A stretch of DNA of 45,775 nucleotides from a virus (Duplodnaviria > Caudoviricetes). Below the pieces are notes generated by a model that worked only from the letters and a program-made list of their open reading frames with translations, searched no databases and was not told where the DNA came from. Both the position numbers and the translations under genes were made by a program. Of this stretch, positions 33,595 to 42,605 are shown piece by piece. The first letter of the stretch is position 1, and the number at the start of each line of letters is the position of its first letter. Location: the IMG/VR virus record IMGVR_UViG_3300017766_002962, positions 1 through 45,775 of that record. The stretch is one strand, 5' to 3'.

Positions 33595-34028
33595 GGCAGC
33601 CCCGGCTTAAACACGACAACCGCCGATGGGAACGGGGCCCGCCCCGTTCCGGCACCGAAGTACAGGCGGCCTCGCACAAAATGAATCTCGCCCTTGGCGC
33701 AGTAGTCGTGCCACCACGAAGTATCGGTGCGCGAAGGCAAAAGGCATACGACGGATGCCCCCCCGGATTTCGCAGCCTCGTAGGCTTTGCGCACCCACGC
33801 TTTGATCTGGCGGCCGTAAGGCGGGTTCATCCAGCACACGCCCTTCCATTCCTGCGCGAGCCCGTCCTGCTCGGGGCTGAAATAGTTGGCGCATTTGGCG
33901 TTGCCCGGCAGCGCGCATACGTCGGTTTCAAACCCGTACACGGCATCCCATTTATCGAAGAAGTCCTGCGGCGTGGCCCACTGATCGGTGGCGGACGACA
34001 TCATTCCCTGCCGTTGCGCGTCGTTCAT
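33591..34028 (-). CDS. Phage N6-adenine methyltransferase (T1/HP1 Dam-like)
   Basis: W.TPQ, D.CA, DGL...W, NPPY, LLP.RTDT.WWH and GRL.F motifs. Confidence 0.9.
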   Translation of the reverse strand: MNDAQRQGMMSSATDQWATPQDFFDKWDAVYGFETDVCALPGNAKCANYFSPEQDGLAQEWKGVCWMNPPYGRQIKAWVRKAYEAAKSGGASVVCLLPSRTDTSWWHDYCAKGEIHFVRGRLYFGAGTGRAPFPSAVVVFKPGLP

Positions 34029-34249
34029 GCGTTCCTTTTTTGAGCGGAGGACCAATCATCCCGGCAGGCGGCGCAGCACCAGCGTCGCGCACCTTCGGGG
34101 TCGGCCGGGATGGGCTTGATTTCGTCCTCGCAATTGAGGCAGAACCCTAGCCCGGAGGATGGCATTATCGCATTTGCTTTGGAATTTCGCAACGCAGCTT
34201 GTAAAAACAACTCCGCTGTGTCGTTACCGCTGTCGGCTTCGTCGGCCAT
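34025..34249 (-). CDS. TraR/DksA-family C4 zinc-finger protein
   Basis: N-terminal DEAD (DxxD as in TraR) plus CLNC...CAAC. Confidence 0.75.
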   Translation of the reverse strand: MADEADSGNDTAELFLQAALRNSKANAIMPSSGLGFCLNCEDEIKPIPADPEGARRWCCAACRDDWSSAQKRNA

Positions 34250-34261
34250 CACATTCTCCAG

Positions 34262-36361
34262 TCACTTGACATATCGGACCCCCCGCCAACCCTCGGCGGC
34301 AATGGGTAATTCGGGGCACCAGGTGGGGTTGCGTACCATGATGGCGGTGAAGTCGAGTTGCGCCGTTTCCGGTTCATCCTCTGGCACCTCGGCAACGATG
34401 GCGTCGTGGACGTGCATGGTGATCGGCCAGCCTGCGGCGTCAAGGCGCGTCAGCCCTTCCGCGAGAACGTCCCGAGCACTGCCTTGCGTGACGTGGTTGC
34501 ACAGGTCGCCACCATAGGTTGACATGCGGACCCACTTCTTAGTCAAGGAATCGACGCCCATGTAGGTGGCGACTTCCTTCATCTCACCCCACGGCGTTTC
34601 CTTTTGTTCCAGCTTCGGATACGGGTAGCAGTTGACGCGGCCGGATGGGAGTTGGCACCAGAGGAACGAACCCTTACTGCGGTACTTCACTTGCCGACCC
34701 TTCGGCCCCGCCGTGTAGGTTTCGCCGGGATGCTTGACAGCGGCGAACGCGGCACGCTCGAGGTCGTACCAATATTGGACGATGCGAGGATTGGAGTCGC
34801 GCCACGCCACCTTGAGTTCGTCAGCGCGAGCATCGGCCACCTTGACGCCATACGTCTTGGCCATCATCTGAAAGGCGCCGACGCCGCCCTGGTATCCCAA
34901 CGCGAGCTCCATCACCTTGCCGACCTGGCGATGGGGTTTGGCCTCGTCGATGGAAACGTGAAAGCCTTTGGAGTAGGCGAGTAGGTACAGGTCCGGTCCC
35001 TTGCCCGCGTCATAGTCCCTGAACGCCTGCAGCTTCCATTCCTCGCCAGCCAGCCACGCCAGCATACGGCCCTCGATGTTGCTGTAGTCCGCGCCGATCA
35101 GGGTGTAGCCGGGCGCCGCGCAGATCATCCCGCGCAGGCACCAGGAGATTACGTCAAGCGGCGCCCCATAAAACATCGTGACGTAGCGGCACCACTCGGC
35201 TGGCGACATCCGGGTCAGCCTGTCGATGCAATCGTCGATGTCCTCTTGCTCCAACTTCGGGCGCGGGTAGTTGTGAACCTGCACCCGGCGGCCAGCCCAT
35301 CGTCCCGGTGCGGCGCCGTGGTATTGCAGCGTGTTTCTTACGCGCCCATCGGCTGATCGGGCATCGAGCATGGAGGTGAGCTTGGCGGTGGAAGTCTTGC
35401 CGGCTTCTTGGCGAACCTTTAGCGCAGCAGCGACTTGAGGCGGAATATCGTCAGCGGCAAGTGCGTCCAGAACGTCAGCTTTTGCGAGCCCTTCGATTGC
35501 GACACCCTGGCCTTGAACCCACTTCGTGAGGCGAGCCACTTCCGACGTGAAGCCAACAAAGTTGCCCGTGATCTGGCGCAGCGAGGTATTGAGGCGATCA
35601 GCTTCCACCCTAACAACTTCGACCGCGGCTTCGATTGCTGGACTGTCGACATGGATTCCCCTCGCATTAATTTTTTGATCTAACTGCCATAGCTTTTGCT
35701 CGGTGGCCGAGAGTTGCATGAGGCGCTTGTCGAGTTCGCGTTCGACCCGCACGTCCTGCTTGCAATACTCGTAGAGGGCGGCGAGTTTTTCGGGGCTGTC
35801 CCACCACTCGATCACCTCGCCATGTTCGTCACCCGTGCCGCCGCACGCAGCGCAGCGAGCGCCAAGATTGGTTTCCCCGTGGCCTCTGCAGTCCGGGCAT
35901 TTGCGGCCCGTCCAGTCTTGCGATATCTTCCGCGGCTTGGCCATCTGCAGCATCAGGCGTCCGCCAGCTAAATCCTTTTGCTCGGGGATGCCTACCGCTG
36001 CGGCTGCGTTTTCGAGGGAACCTGGCAGACCCATCGCATACGCCATCGCCATCGTGCAGCGCACCGTGCCGACATTCAGCACGGGCCAGCCAAACTTTGG
36101 CACACAGCAGTTGTTCCAGATCGCCAATTCGAATGGGGCGTTGTGCGCAACGACCTTGGCCGTGCGTACCAATTGGTACAGCCCCTCATCATCCCACGGG
36201 AATGGTTGCCCGCGCTCCCACAGTTGCACGATCCCGTCATCCAGCGCCCACGCCATGCACCACGGCTCCGTCGATGGGTGCCGCGAGTAGGCGTCGAGGC
36301 CGACCACTTTCAGGTCCACCGCGGACCTTGTTTCGAAGTCGATGTGGAGGATGGGGGTCAT
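34262..36361 (-). CDS. DNA polymerase family A (APSE/SPO2-like) with 3'-5' exonuclease
   Basis: ExoI DFET, ExoII HNAPFE, ExoIII YCKQDV; motif A DYSNIEGR, motif [14 protein letters not shown], motif C VHD. Confidence 0.95.
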   Translation of the reverse strand: MTPILHIDFETRSAVDLKVVGLDAYSRHPSTEPWCMAWALDDGIVQLWERGQPFPWDDEGLYQLVRTAKVVAHNAPFELAIWNNCCVPKFGWPVLNVGTVRCTMAMAYAMGLPGSLENAAAAVGIPEQKDLAGGRLMLQMAKPRKISQDWTGRKCPDCRGHGETNLGARCAACGGTGDEHGEVIEWWDSPEKLAALYEYCKQDVRVERELDKRLMQLSATEQKLWQLDQKINARGIHVDSPAIEAAVEVVRVEADRLNTSLRQITGNFVGFTSEVARLTKWVQGQGVAIEGLAKADVLDALAADDIPPQVAAALKVRQEAGKTSTAKLTSMLDARSADGRVRNTLQYHGAAPGRWAGRRVQVHNYPRPKLEQEDIDDCIDRLTRMSPAEWCRYVTMFYGAPLDVISWCLRGMICAAPGYTLIGADYSNIEGRMLAWLAGEEWKLQAFRDYDAGKGPDLYLLAYSKGFHVSIDEAKPHRQVGKVMELALGYQGGVGAFQMMAKTYGVKVADARADELKVAWRDSNPRIVQYWYDLERAAFAAVKHPGETYTAGPKGRQVKYRSKGSFLWCQLPSGRVNCYPYPKLEQKETPWGEMKEVATYMGVDSLTKKWVRMSTYGGDLCNHVTQGSARDVLAEGLTRLDAAGWPITMHVHDAIVAEVPEDEPETAQLDFTAIMVRNPTWCPELPIAAEGWRGVRYVK

Positions 36362-36564
36362 TTTCCGTTACGTTTTTGCGCTGCCAGATCGTCTATGTAC
36401 GCGACGAGTTTCGGAGAAACCTCTCCGTTTAGCCTTTGAAGCAGCCGAAGCCCTCTGCGGGCGGCGCTTAACTGTCCCAAATCCACGGAGAGCTGGAGGC
36501 CGATAATGGCTTCGCAGGTAGCCACCTCCTTCGTGTAAGGCAGCGTTATCTTCGGCTTAGGCAT
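36358..36564 (-). CDS. Hypothetical protein
   Basis: SD GGAGG; ATGA overlap with the polymerase gene. Confidence 0.7.
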   Translation of the reverse strand: MPKPKITLPYTKEVATCEAIIGLQLSVDLGQLSAARRGLRLLQRLNGEVSPKLVAYIDDLAAQKRNGK

Positions 36565-36579
36565 GCAGCCTCCCTAGCT

Positions 36580-36601
36580 AAAACCGCCCCCGAAGGGGCG
36601 G
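36580..36601 (-). terminator. Intrinsic terminator after the SSB gene
   Basis: Minus strand CCGCCCC-TTCG-GGGGCGG followed by TTTT. Confidence 0.8.
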
Positions 36602-36622
36602 AGGTTTTGGCGTTCACGCGCG

Positions 36623-37240
36623 CTACTCGAACAAGCCAGCCGCGCTGGAAGCACCGGCAGCAGCACCAGCGACCGGCTCGAAGTCATCTTCGGGGCGGGA
36701 GCGGCCGCCCAGGGGTTCGCCGTCGCGCAGCTTTTGCACGTTCTGCAGGCCGAAGGCCACGCCCACGCCGCCGTCCACGTCATAGGCGAACGCGCGCAGG
36801 CTGGCCCGGACGTAGCATCCGGAGTACACCTGGCGCTCCTCGAGGATGTCCGCGCCCGATGCGTCGACCACGCCGGGGCGGTTCTTGGCCGTGGCGGTGA
36901 TGAAAATGCAGCCCGGCTCGTAGCCGGCAGAATCTTTTTCGCCCTGGTCACGGAACGGGGATTTCAGGCGGGCCTTGAACGCCTCGGCCGCTGCCTTTTT
37001 CTTGGGGTCGGTGGAGTTCAGATCGGCCAAGCGCGCACCGAACTTTTCCTGCAGCGCGTCGCTCGCCATCTTCTTGGCCAGTGTGAAGTCGGCGTCTTTG
37101 GGGAACAGGAGGGAAATGCTGTACTTGGGTTCCTTGCCTGGCATTGGCTTGCCCTGCTTGAGCACAAACGCATAGCTGGCGCGGGCTTCGGGAGTGATCC
37201 AGTTGCCGTTCTGCGATATCTTTCCGGTGTTATCGGCCAT
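36623..37240 (-). CDS. ssDNA-binding protein (DUF2815, T7 gp2.5-like)
   Basis: R.SY, KYS..LL.PK, P.RD, VYSGCY.RAS, GL.NVQK..DGE.LGG motifs; acidic tail. Confidence 0.9.
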   Translation of the reverse strand: MADNTGKISQNGNWITPEARASYAFVLKQGKPMPGKEPKYSISLLFPKDADFTLAKKMASDALQEKFGARLADLNSTDPKKKAAAEAFKARLKSPFRDQGEKDSAGYEPGCIFITATAKNRPGVVDASGADILEERQVYSGCYVRASLRAFAYDVDGGVGVAFGLQNVQKLRDGEPLGGRSRPEDDFEPVAGAAAGASSAAGLFE

Positions 37241-37252
37241 CGGTAATTCCTT

Positions 37253-38008
37253 TCAATCAGTGGTTGGTGCAGCGGAGGAAAACTCAGAAGCGGCATCCGT
37301 TTTCCACGGGGGCCGTTTGACTGAGGTATGCGTGCCCATCAGGTCGGGCCGCAATTCGGAGCGCAGTTCAATCTTGCGCAATTCGTGGAGCAGGTAGTCG
37401 CGTGCCACGTCTACCCGCGTTTTGATTTTTTCTTCGAGCACCGCATCGCGCTCGTAGGCCACGCGGGTTACCCGCAGCAGGAGGGGGTGTTGCTCGACCT
37501 TGTGAATCTCCGGGCTTTCGTAGCCCATGAGCTCGTCGGGCGTATCGACCAGGCAATACGCGATTTCCCACCGGGGCTTGTCGAACAGCATCATGTAGCC
37601 CCGGGCCTGCCACTCGTAAGTCTTGTCGTCCGCGTCATCGACTGTGAGCGGGAACGTATCAACCGACCACGATGTTTTCACGTCGATGCCGAAGTCGGGC
37701 AGCACCAAGTCAGGCTCGCCGCTCAGCCAAGCGTTCTTGCGGCGCTCGACGTTCTTTGTGAGCGGCACGCCCATCACCCTACTGAGCAGAGCGATCGACT
37801 CGTTCTCGCAGAGCAGACCCTTCTTGATCTGCCGGCTGTTGATTTCGCCGCGAACACCAAACACCTGCTCGCGCATCATCTTGTTGGCGGCCGTCTTGGC
37901 GCCTTGGCTGATCTTGGCCGTCCTGTCCTTCGGCTCGACCATGATCGACGCGAGCGAGTGGCAGCGAAACAGGATCGTTTCGCCGGAAATGTCGAGGCTC
38001 GGGGTCAC
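37253..38008 (-). CDS. YqaJ/lambda-exonuclease-like PD-(D/E)xK nuclease
   Basis: KG...E, GEPD, DVKTSW and YEWQ..GYM motifs. Confidence 0.85.
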   Translation of the reverse strand: MTPSLDISGETILFRCHSLASIMVEPKDRTAKISQGAKTAANKMMREQVFGVRGEINSRQIKKGLLCENESIALLSRVMGVPLTKNVERRKNAWLSGEPDLVLPDFGIDVKTSWSVDTFPLTVDDADDKTYEWQARGYMMLFDKPRWEIAYCLVDTPDELMGYESPEIHKVEQHPLLLRVTRVAYERDAVLEEKIKTRVDVARDYLLHELRKIELRSELRPDLMGTHTSVKRPPWKTDAASEFSSAAPTTD

Positions 38009-38202
38009 GCTGGCGAGTACCGAACGCGATACCGGCGCATGTCTTGCGAGTGATGCCGCTGCACTTCCAGCTTGTCCTTGCGGCGGTCGTCTCCCCGGCC
38101 CGTGTTACGCAGGGAGTGGCGCTTGTAGCCCTTGCCAGTCGCGCGCATAGCGTTCCAGAGCATCGACACCCACGCTTCACAAAACCCCGTGCCGCCGATC
38201 AT
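38005..38202 (-). CDS. Small basic hypothetical protein
   Basis: ATGA/GTGA overlaps on both sides. Confidence 0.5.
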   Translation of the reverse strand: MIGGTGFCEAWVSMLWNAMRATGKGYKRHSLRNTGRGDDRRKDKLEVQRHHSQDMRRYRVRYSPA

Positions 38203-38867
38203 TTGGCCAACACCTTGTCGCACTCCGAGATTACCGCTGAGTAGTGCTCGGACTTGACTTCCTTGACCCGTGCATAGCCCAAGTCACCGATAATCTTGGA
38301 CGCGACGGTCAAGCCTTCCTGTGTCGAGGCGACTTCCTGCAGCTTGGACTTCATCGCCTCGAATGTGACCTCGGCCCCTGTTGCTTGCACAACAGGCGAT
38401 GCGGCCTTCGGGGAATCGGTTGCGGAAGGAGTTGCCGCTTGCGATTCGCTGGCGCCGTTACCCACCTGCGCCTGGGGTTCCGGATTGCCCGTAGTACTCG
38501 GCCCGGACGCCGATTGTTCTTTGGCTGGTCGGCCACGCTTCTTGCCCGTGGGGGCTTCCGCCGCCTGCGCTGCAGAGGCGCCCACAGCGGCCGAAGGAGA
38601 GCCAGCGTCAGGGGCGGAAGATGGCGCCCCTCCCCCCGTCACCGCGGCGCCCAAATGGGGCGATGACGCAGTAGCGGGGGTCGGAGCATCGGGTGCCGCG
38701 GCCGCTTCCATCACCGAACCGACGGGAGGTACGGGGGCGATGGATTGGGCGGCCGGGGCATGGACGGAGTACGCGGAAAAACTGGTCTTGTTCGGTACGG
38801 ATTCGAGAAACTTGATGGCGGCGTCCAGGTTTGGGAACGCTACGGTGACGGTGGCTTCGACTTGCAT
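38199..38867 (-). CDS. Hypothetical protein with a Pro/Ala linker, AT-hook-like KKRGRP and helical C-terminal domain
   Basis: SD AAAGGA; typical gene ahead of the DUF2800/DUF2815 module; operator-like site at 38908-38920 upstream. Confidence 0.75.
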   Translation of the reverse strand: MQVEATVTVAFPNLDAAIKFLESVPNKTSFSAYSVHAPAAQSIAPVPPVGSVMEAAAAPDAPTPATASSPHLGAAVTGGGAPSSAPDAGSPSAAVGASAAQAAEAPTGKKRGRPAKEQSASGPSTTGNPEPQAQVGNGASESQAATPSATDSPKAASPVVQATGAEVTFEAMKSKLQEVASTQEGLTVASKIIGDLGYARVKEVKSEHYSAVISECDKVLAK

Positions 38868-38925
38868 GGAGTTCCTTTCAGTGGGTTGTGCGATTGTAAT
38901 GATGTGTTGTGAAAATCGCAAGTGC

Positions 38926-39660
38926 TTAATCAAAAATATCTACGGTTGACGCTGCCGCTATTCTGGCGTCTTGCTGCGGCTTGTACTTGGGGTCCAGTTC
39001 ACAGCCCCGATACCGGCGCCCGTTGGAAACAGCTACAACAGCCGTAGTCCCAGACCCCATGAACGGGTCGATAACCAGTCCGCCCGGCGGCACGCTGTAT
39101 CGCACCAACGGCGCGACCAATTCCTCGGGCTTTTGCGTCGGATGGCACGCGCGCCCGTGCATATTCTTGGCTCGAATTACCGAGCGCATCAGGCGCGGCC
39201 CTCCGTCCTCGCTGACGTAATGCCCGGCTTCTATGTGCCCGGTGTGCGTTGGTCGCGTTTTGCGTCGAACGGTTTTTGCGGTGGCATCGGCGGTGTACTG
39301 CGTCGCGTGGTACACCTCGGCCCATGCGCCGCGATAGAACAGGACGGCGTGCTCATGGACGCGCCGGAATCGGTCGGCATGAAAGCCCGTACCGTTTTGC
39401 TTCTCCCACACAATGTCTTGGCTGTACTTGAACCCGGTGGCGGCCATCTCCGCAAACAGCGGTGCCAGAAAGCGCATCGAGCCGAACACCCAAATGCTCG
39501 CCTTCGGTTTGAGTATTCGCGCCACTTCCGGTATCCATCCGGCGCAAATCTTGTCCCAATCCAAAGAAGTATCGCCGTATGGCGGATCGGTAATGCAAGC
39601 GTCGGCCACGGCAGACGGCCACGCCTTCATTACCTCCCGGCAATCGCCAATCTCGATCAT
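38926..39660 (-). CDS. N4/N6 DNA methyltransferase (beta class)
   Basis: GDC, TDPPY, HPTQKP and DPFMGSGTT motifs. Confidence 0.93.
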   Translation of the reverse strand: MIEIGDCREVMKAWPSAVADACITDPPYGDTSLDWDKICAGWIPEVARILKPKASIWVFGSMRFLAPLFAEMAATGFKYSQDIVWEKQNGTGFHADRFRRVHEHAVLFYRGAWAEVYHATQYTADATAKTVRRKTRPTHTGHIEAGHYVSEDGGPRLMRSVIRAKNMHGRACHPTQKPEELVAPLVRYSVPPGGLVIDPFMGSGTTAVVAVSNGRRYRGCELDPKYKPQQDARIAAASTVDIFD

Positions 39661-41084
39661 TCGAAAATATCCGTGGCCGGCTTCGGTTCGTTACCAAATT
39701 CGTTTTTTCTTTCCTCGTCAAACAGCGCCGTCAGGACTTCGGCTTTCCTTCGGAGCACCTTCTGGATCCGCTCGTCAATCGTATTGGCCAGGTTGAAAAA
39801 CCGAACATGCACCGTGCCCTTTTTGCCGGGGGCTTGGCAACGCATTGCCGCTTGCGCATTGTCGCCGGGCACGTAGCTCGACTCGACAAAGCCAATCTCG
39901 CTTGCCGCAGAGAGGTCAATGGCCACGCCGGATGCCTTGATCTGGCCGATGAACACGCGCGTCCGGGGATCGTTCTGGAAGCGCCGGATGTAGATGTCGC
40001 GCTTAATAGGAGGCGTGCCGCCGTACAAGCAAATGGCGTGGTGGTGGGTGAGCAGTTCGCGCAGTTCCTCGATCACCGCCTTGTGCCAGGCGAACAACAC
40101 GATTTTCTGGTACTGGTTGTCCTTCAACTCCTGGTCGATCATCTCGGCAATGGAGTACACCTTGGTCATGCCGACGTACCGCCTGAACAGCTTGGTCTTG
40201 TCGTCAAAGGCGGGCAGCGCCGTGATCACATCCTCGCGGCCGAGTTTGCCGATCATGGTGGTGAGCAATTCCCCCTGGGCCTCGATGTCCGGTTTAAAAC
40301 GATGGGGCTGCAAAATATATTGAGGGAAGTGGAGTTCCTGTTTCTCGATAGGGATGGGCCGCGGCTCCACGGTCACGTCCATAAAATTCAGTCTTGGCAG
40401 TTGCAGTCCCACGTCCTCGGCACTCCTTCGTAGCATGATGGGTTTGAGCAGTTCCCTTAATTCGGGGATGTTTCGGCCGCCGACAACACTGCGACCAAAA
40501 GGTGTTTCGCGGACCACGCAATAGCGTTCGAGGAATTCTTCGTACCCGAGCGTCGTGTAGCCAAACACGTAGAGCAGTATCCACATTTCACTTGGATTGT
40601 TGGGGGCGGGGGTTCCGGACATGGGCCAAACGTACCGCGCCCGATGGATGAGCCCTCCCTTCCCGAATACGTGCTTAGATCGGTTCGCATCGGTGCCTTT
40701 CAGGTAGTGAGATTCGTCACAGATCAAACAATCCCACTGCCGCGACAACAGCCCGGTACGCACGCCTTTGTTCTGCAGTAAGTCGTAGCTGCAAATCACG
40801 GTGTCGTGCCCGGAGGTCATCTTGCTGGCGTCCGTGGCGGTCAAAATGGCCAAGCAATTGCGCTCTTGCACGGAGAACCTCAAGAACTCCCTCGTCCAGT
40901 TGATACGGGCCACCGCCGGGCACAGCACCAGGATGTCCGACGCCATCACCAGATCGCACGCTCGGATACTGGTTGCCGATTTTCCCAATCGCGGAAGATC
41001 CGCAAGCAGGGCATGTTTTCTCTGACTCAGCCATTGCGCGCCTTCCAGTTGGTACGGGCGGAGGGGTTCGGGCGCATCACGCAC
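39657..41084 (-). CDS. SNF2-family DEAD/H helicase
   Basis: LRPYQ, LGKS, DESH, SGTP and QA..R motifs. Confidence 0.92.
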   Translation of the reverse strand: MRDAPEPLRPYQLEGAQWLSQRKHALLADLPRLGKSATSIRACDLVMASDILVLCPAVARINWTREFLRFSVQERNCLAILTATDASKMTSGHDTVICSYDLLQNKGVRTGLLSRQWDCLICDESHYLKGTDANRSKHVFGKGGLIHRARYVWPMSGTPAPNNPSEMWILLYVFGYTTLGYEEFLERYCVVRETPFGRSVVGGRNIPELRELLKPIMLRRSAEDVGLQLPRLNFMDVTVEPRPIPIEKQELHFPQYILQPHRFKPDIEAQGELLTTMIGKLGREDVITALPAFDDKTKLFRRYVGMTKVYSIAEMIDQELKDNQYQKIVLFAWHKAVIEELRELLTHHHAICLYGGTPPIKRDIYIRRFQNDPRTRVFIGQIKASGVAIDLSAASEIGFVESSYVPGDNAQAAMRCQAPGKKGTVHVRFFNLANTIDERIQKVLRRKAEVLTALFDEERKNEFGNEPKPATDIFE

Positions 41085-41391
41085 CCGTCAATTCCGAACG
41101 CGCCGTTTTGTAGCCGATGCAGAACCCGTAAGCGAACGCGCCGACAAACTCCGGCGCCAGTTGGGGGTTGCCATAGGCGAGCTCGACCAGGGCGCCTGCC
41201 CGGGGGAATGCCACGTAAGCGGCGCCCATGCGCATACCTGAGTCACGCCGTTCGGCAATGGTGCGAGCTAGTTCGCCAATCGCTGCGCACGGATCGTCGG
41301 GCGGCGTGGATTGTGCCGACGGTCGTGTGACCAGCAGAAACGAGCAGGCGACCACGAAAATCACGAATACGGATTTGTAGAGTGTTTTCAC
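41077..41391 (-). CDS. Exported or membrane-anchored hypothetical protein
   Basis: N-terminal hydrophobic segment; C..IG.LA..I...RD.G motif. Confidence 0.65.
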   Translation of the reverse strand: MKTLYKSVFVIFVVACSFLLVTRPSAQSTPPDDPCAAIGELARTIAERRDSGMRMGAAYVAFPRAGALVELAYGNPQLAPEFVGAFAYGFCIGYKTARSELTGA

Positions 41392-41966
41392 AGGGACCAC
41401 CTCACTGTGTCATGGAGGTCAAAGATCGACCCGTGGTTATGGATTACCGCGTCGTCGTCCGCAATCGCCACGCCGGCCTCGGAGATGTGACCTTCTACTG
41501 CCGGTGCCCGGCGCACGATGTGCCAGAGAACGCCGCCCTGGGCGCGCAGCCATTCGGCTTCGTTTTCGAACCGGATGTCGGGGATGACAATGCCCTTGAC
41601 CTGGGGCGGGATGTAGCCTGACTCGCCCTTGGCGTACTTGGCATAGGCTTCGTCCGTATTGTTTTCCCTGACGCGGGCGATGGTGCGCTCGGCCAGCAGC
41701 AGCCAGAGGTTTTTGTGTACGAGATCGCGGCCCCATTCGGTGCCAAGCGTCTGCGCCAGGCGGCGTGGGGATTTGCCAAGCCACGGCAATTCGCCTTCCT
41801 TCCATTCCCGGTCGTTCCACTGCGCGCCGGGGCCGACAATGGGCTCGAGCATGGCCTTGATGGGACCGGCGAGGTTGTATTTCAGGAACCCGAAATGCTT
41901 GACTAGGTAGTCCGCGGCAGTGTCCTTGCCCACGCCTGCCTTGCCTGCAATGCCGATCAGCTTCAT
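41388..41966 (-). CDS. Deoxynucleoside monophosphate kinase
   Basis: GKAGVGKDT, SPRRLAQTLGTEWGR, DIRFENE and HISE motifs. Confidence 0.92.
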   Translation of the reverse strand: MKLIGIAGKAGVGKDTAADYLVKHFGFLKYNLAGPIKAMLEPIVGPGAQWNDREWKEGELPWLGKSPRRLAQTLGTEWGRDLVHKNLWLLLAERTIARVRENNTDEAYAKYAKGESGYIPPQVKGIVIPDIRFENEAEWLRAQGGVLWHIVRRAPAVEGHISEAGVAIADDDAVIHNHGSIFDLHDTVRWSL

Positions 41967-42202
41967 GCGGCCCCCGTCTTGTTCGGCTTAAATACGCTGA
42001 GTTTGACGCCGGTGATGCGTTTACTGGAGTAGTGACCTTCGTAACTGAGGCTTGCGCTGACAAGGCTTTTATCCAGATACCCGCACCCCTGTTCGGCTTG
42101 CGGCTGGTCGAGCACCGCGCCGATCATGCGTTGCTCCGCCTCCGTTTCGGCAACCAAGTGCAGCGCAAGCGAACCGTCCTCGAACTTGGCAGAAACTTTC
42201 AT
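41963..42202 (-). CDS. Hypothetical protein (79 aa)
   Basis: MKVSAKFEDG...; ATGA overlaps. Confidence 0.65.
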   Translation of the reverse strand: MKVSAKFEDGSLALHLVAETEAEQRMIGAVLDQPQAEQGCGYLDKSLVSASLSYEGHYSSKRITGVKLSVFKPNKTGAA

Positions 42203-42456
42203 GGCTTCCTTCCTATCCGGTGATTGAGATACATGGCACAGCAGCAGCCGGCGCCGGCCGCTATGCCGTTGGAAACCCCGATCCAGAGCGTGTCGGTTTT
42301 GACGATGAGGATGACGAGCACCACATCCCCGACGCCCATGCCAATGGACGTGGGCATGACGCGCCAATAGTGCCCGCCCATCACGTTCAATTGTTGGAAG
42401 GCGCGCAGGAACACGTACACGAAACTAGCGAGGGCGGAGATGAGAAAGAGCGTCAC
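42199..42456 (-). CDS. Membrane protein
   Basis: FVYVFLRAFQQLNV motif; several hydrophobic segments. Confidence 0.7.
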   Translation of the reverse strand: MTLFLISALASFVYVFLRAFQQLNVMGGHYWRVMPTSIGMGVGDVVLVILIVKTDTLWIGVSNGIAAGAGCCCAMYLNHRIGRKP

Positions 42457-42605
42457 AGCAGTCGCAGCCCGGCAGAAACCAGCACGATCACGCCGAGCAC
42501 GACCCCCGCCCAAATGAATCCGTCAATCGCCCCGCGTTCGTAGCCTTTCAGCCAGGCGTCGTCGGGCGTGCCATCGTCCTCAATGTGGAACAGGGGTTTA
42601 TCCAT
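42453..42605 (-). CDS. Small single-TM protein (50 aa)
   Basis: Manual translation MDKPLFHIEDD...FIWAGVVLGVIVLVSAGLRLL. Confidence 0.6.
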   Translation of the reverse strand: MDKPLFHIEDDGTPDDAWLKGYERGAIDGFIWAGVVLGVIVLVSAGLRLL

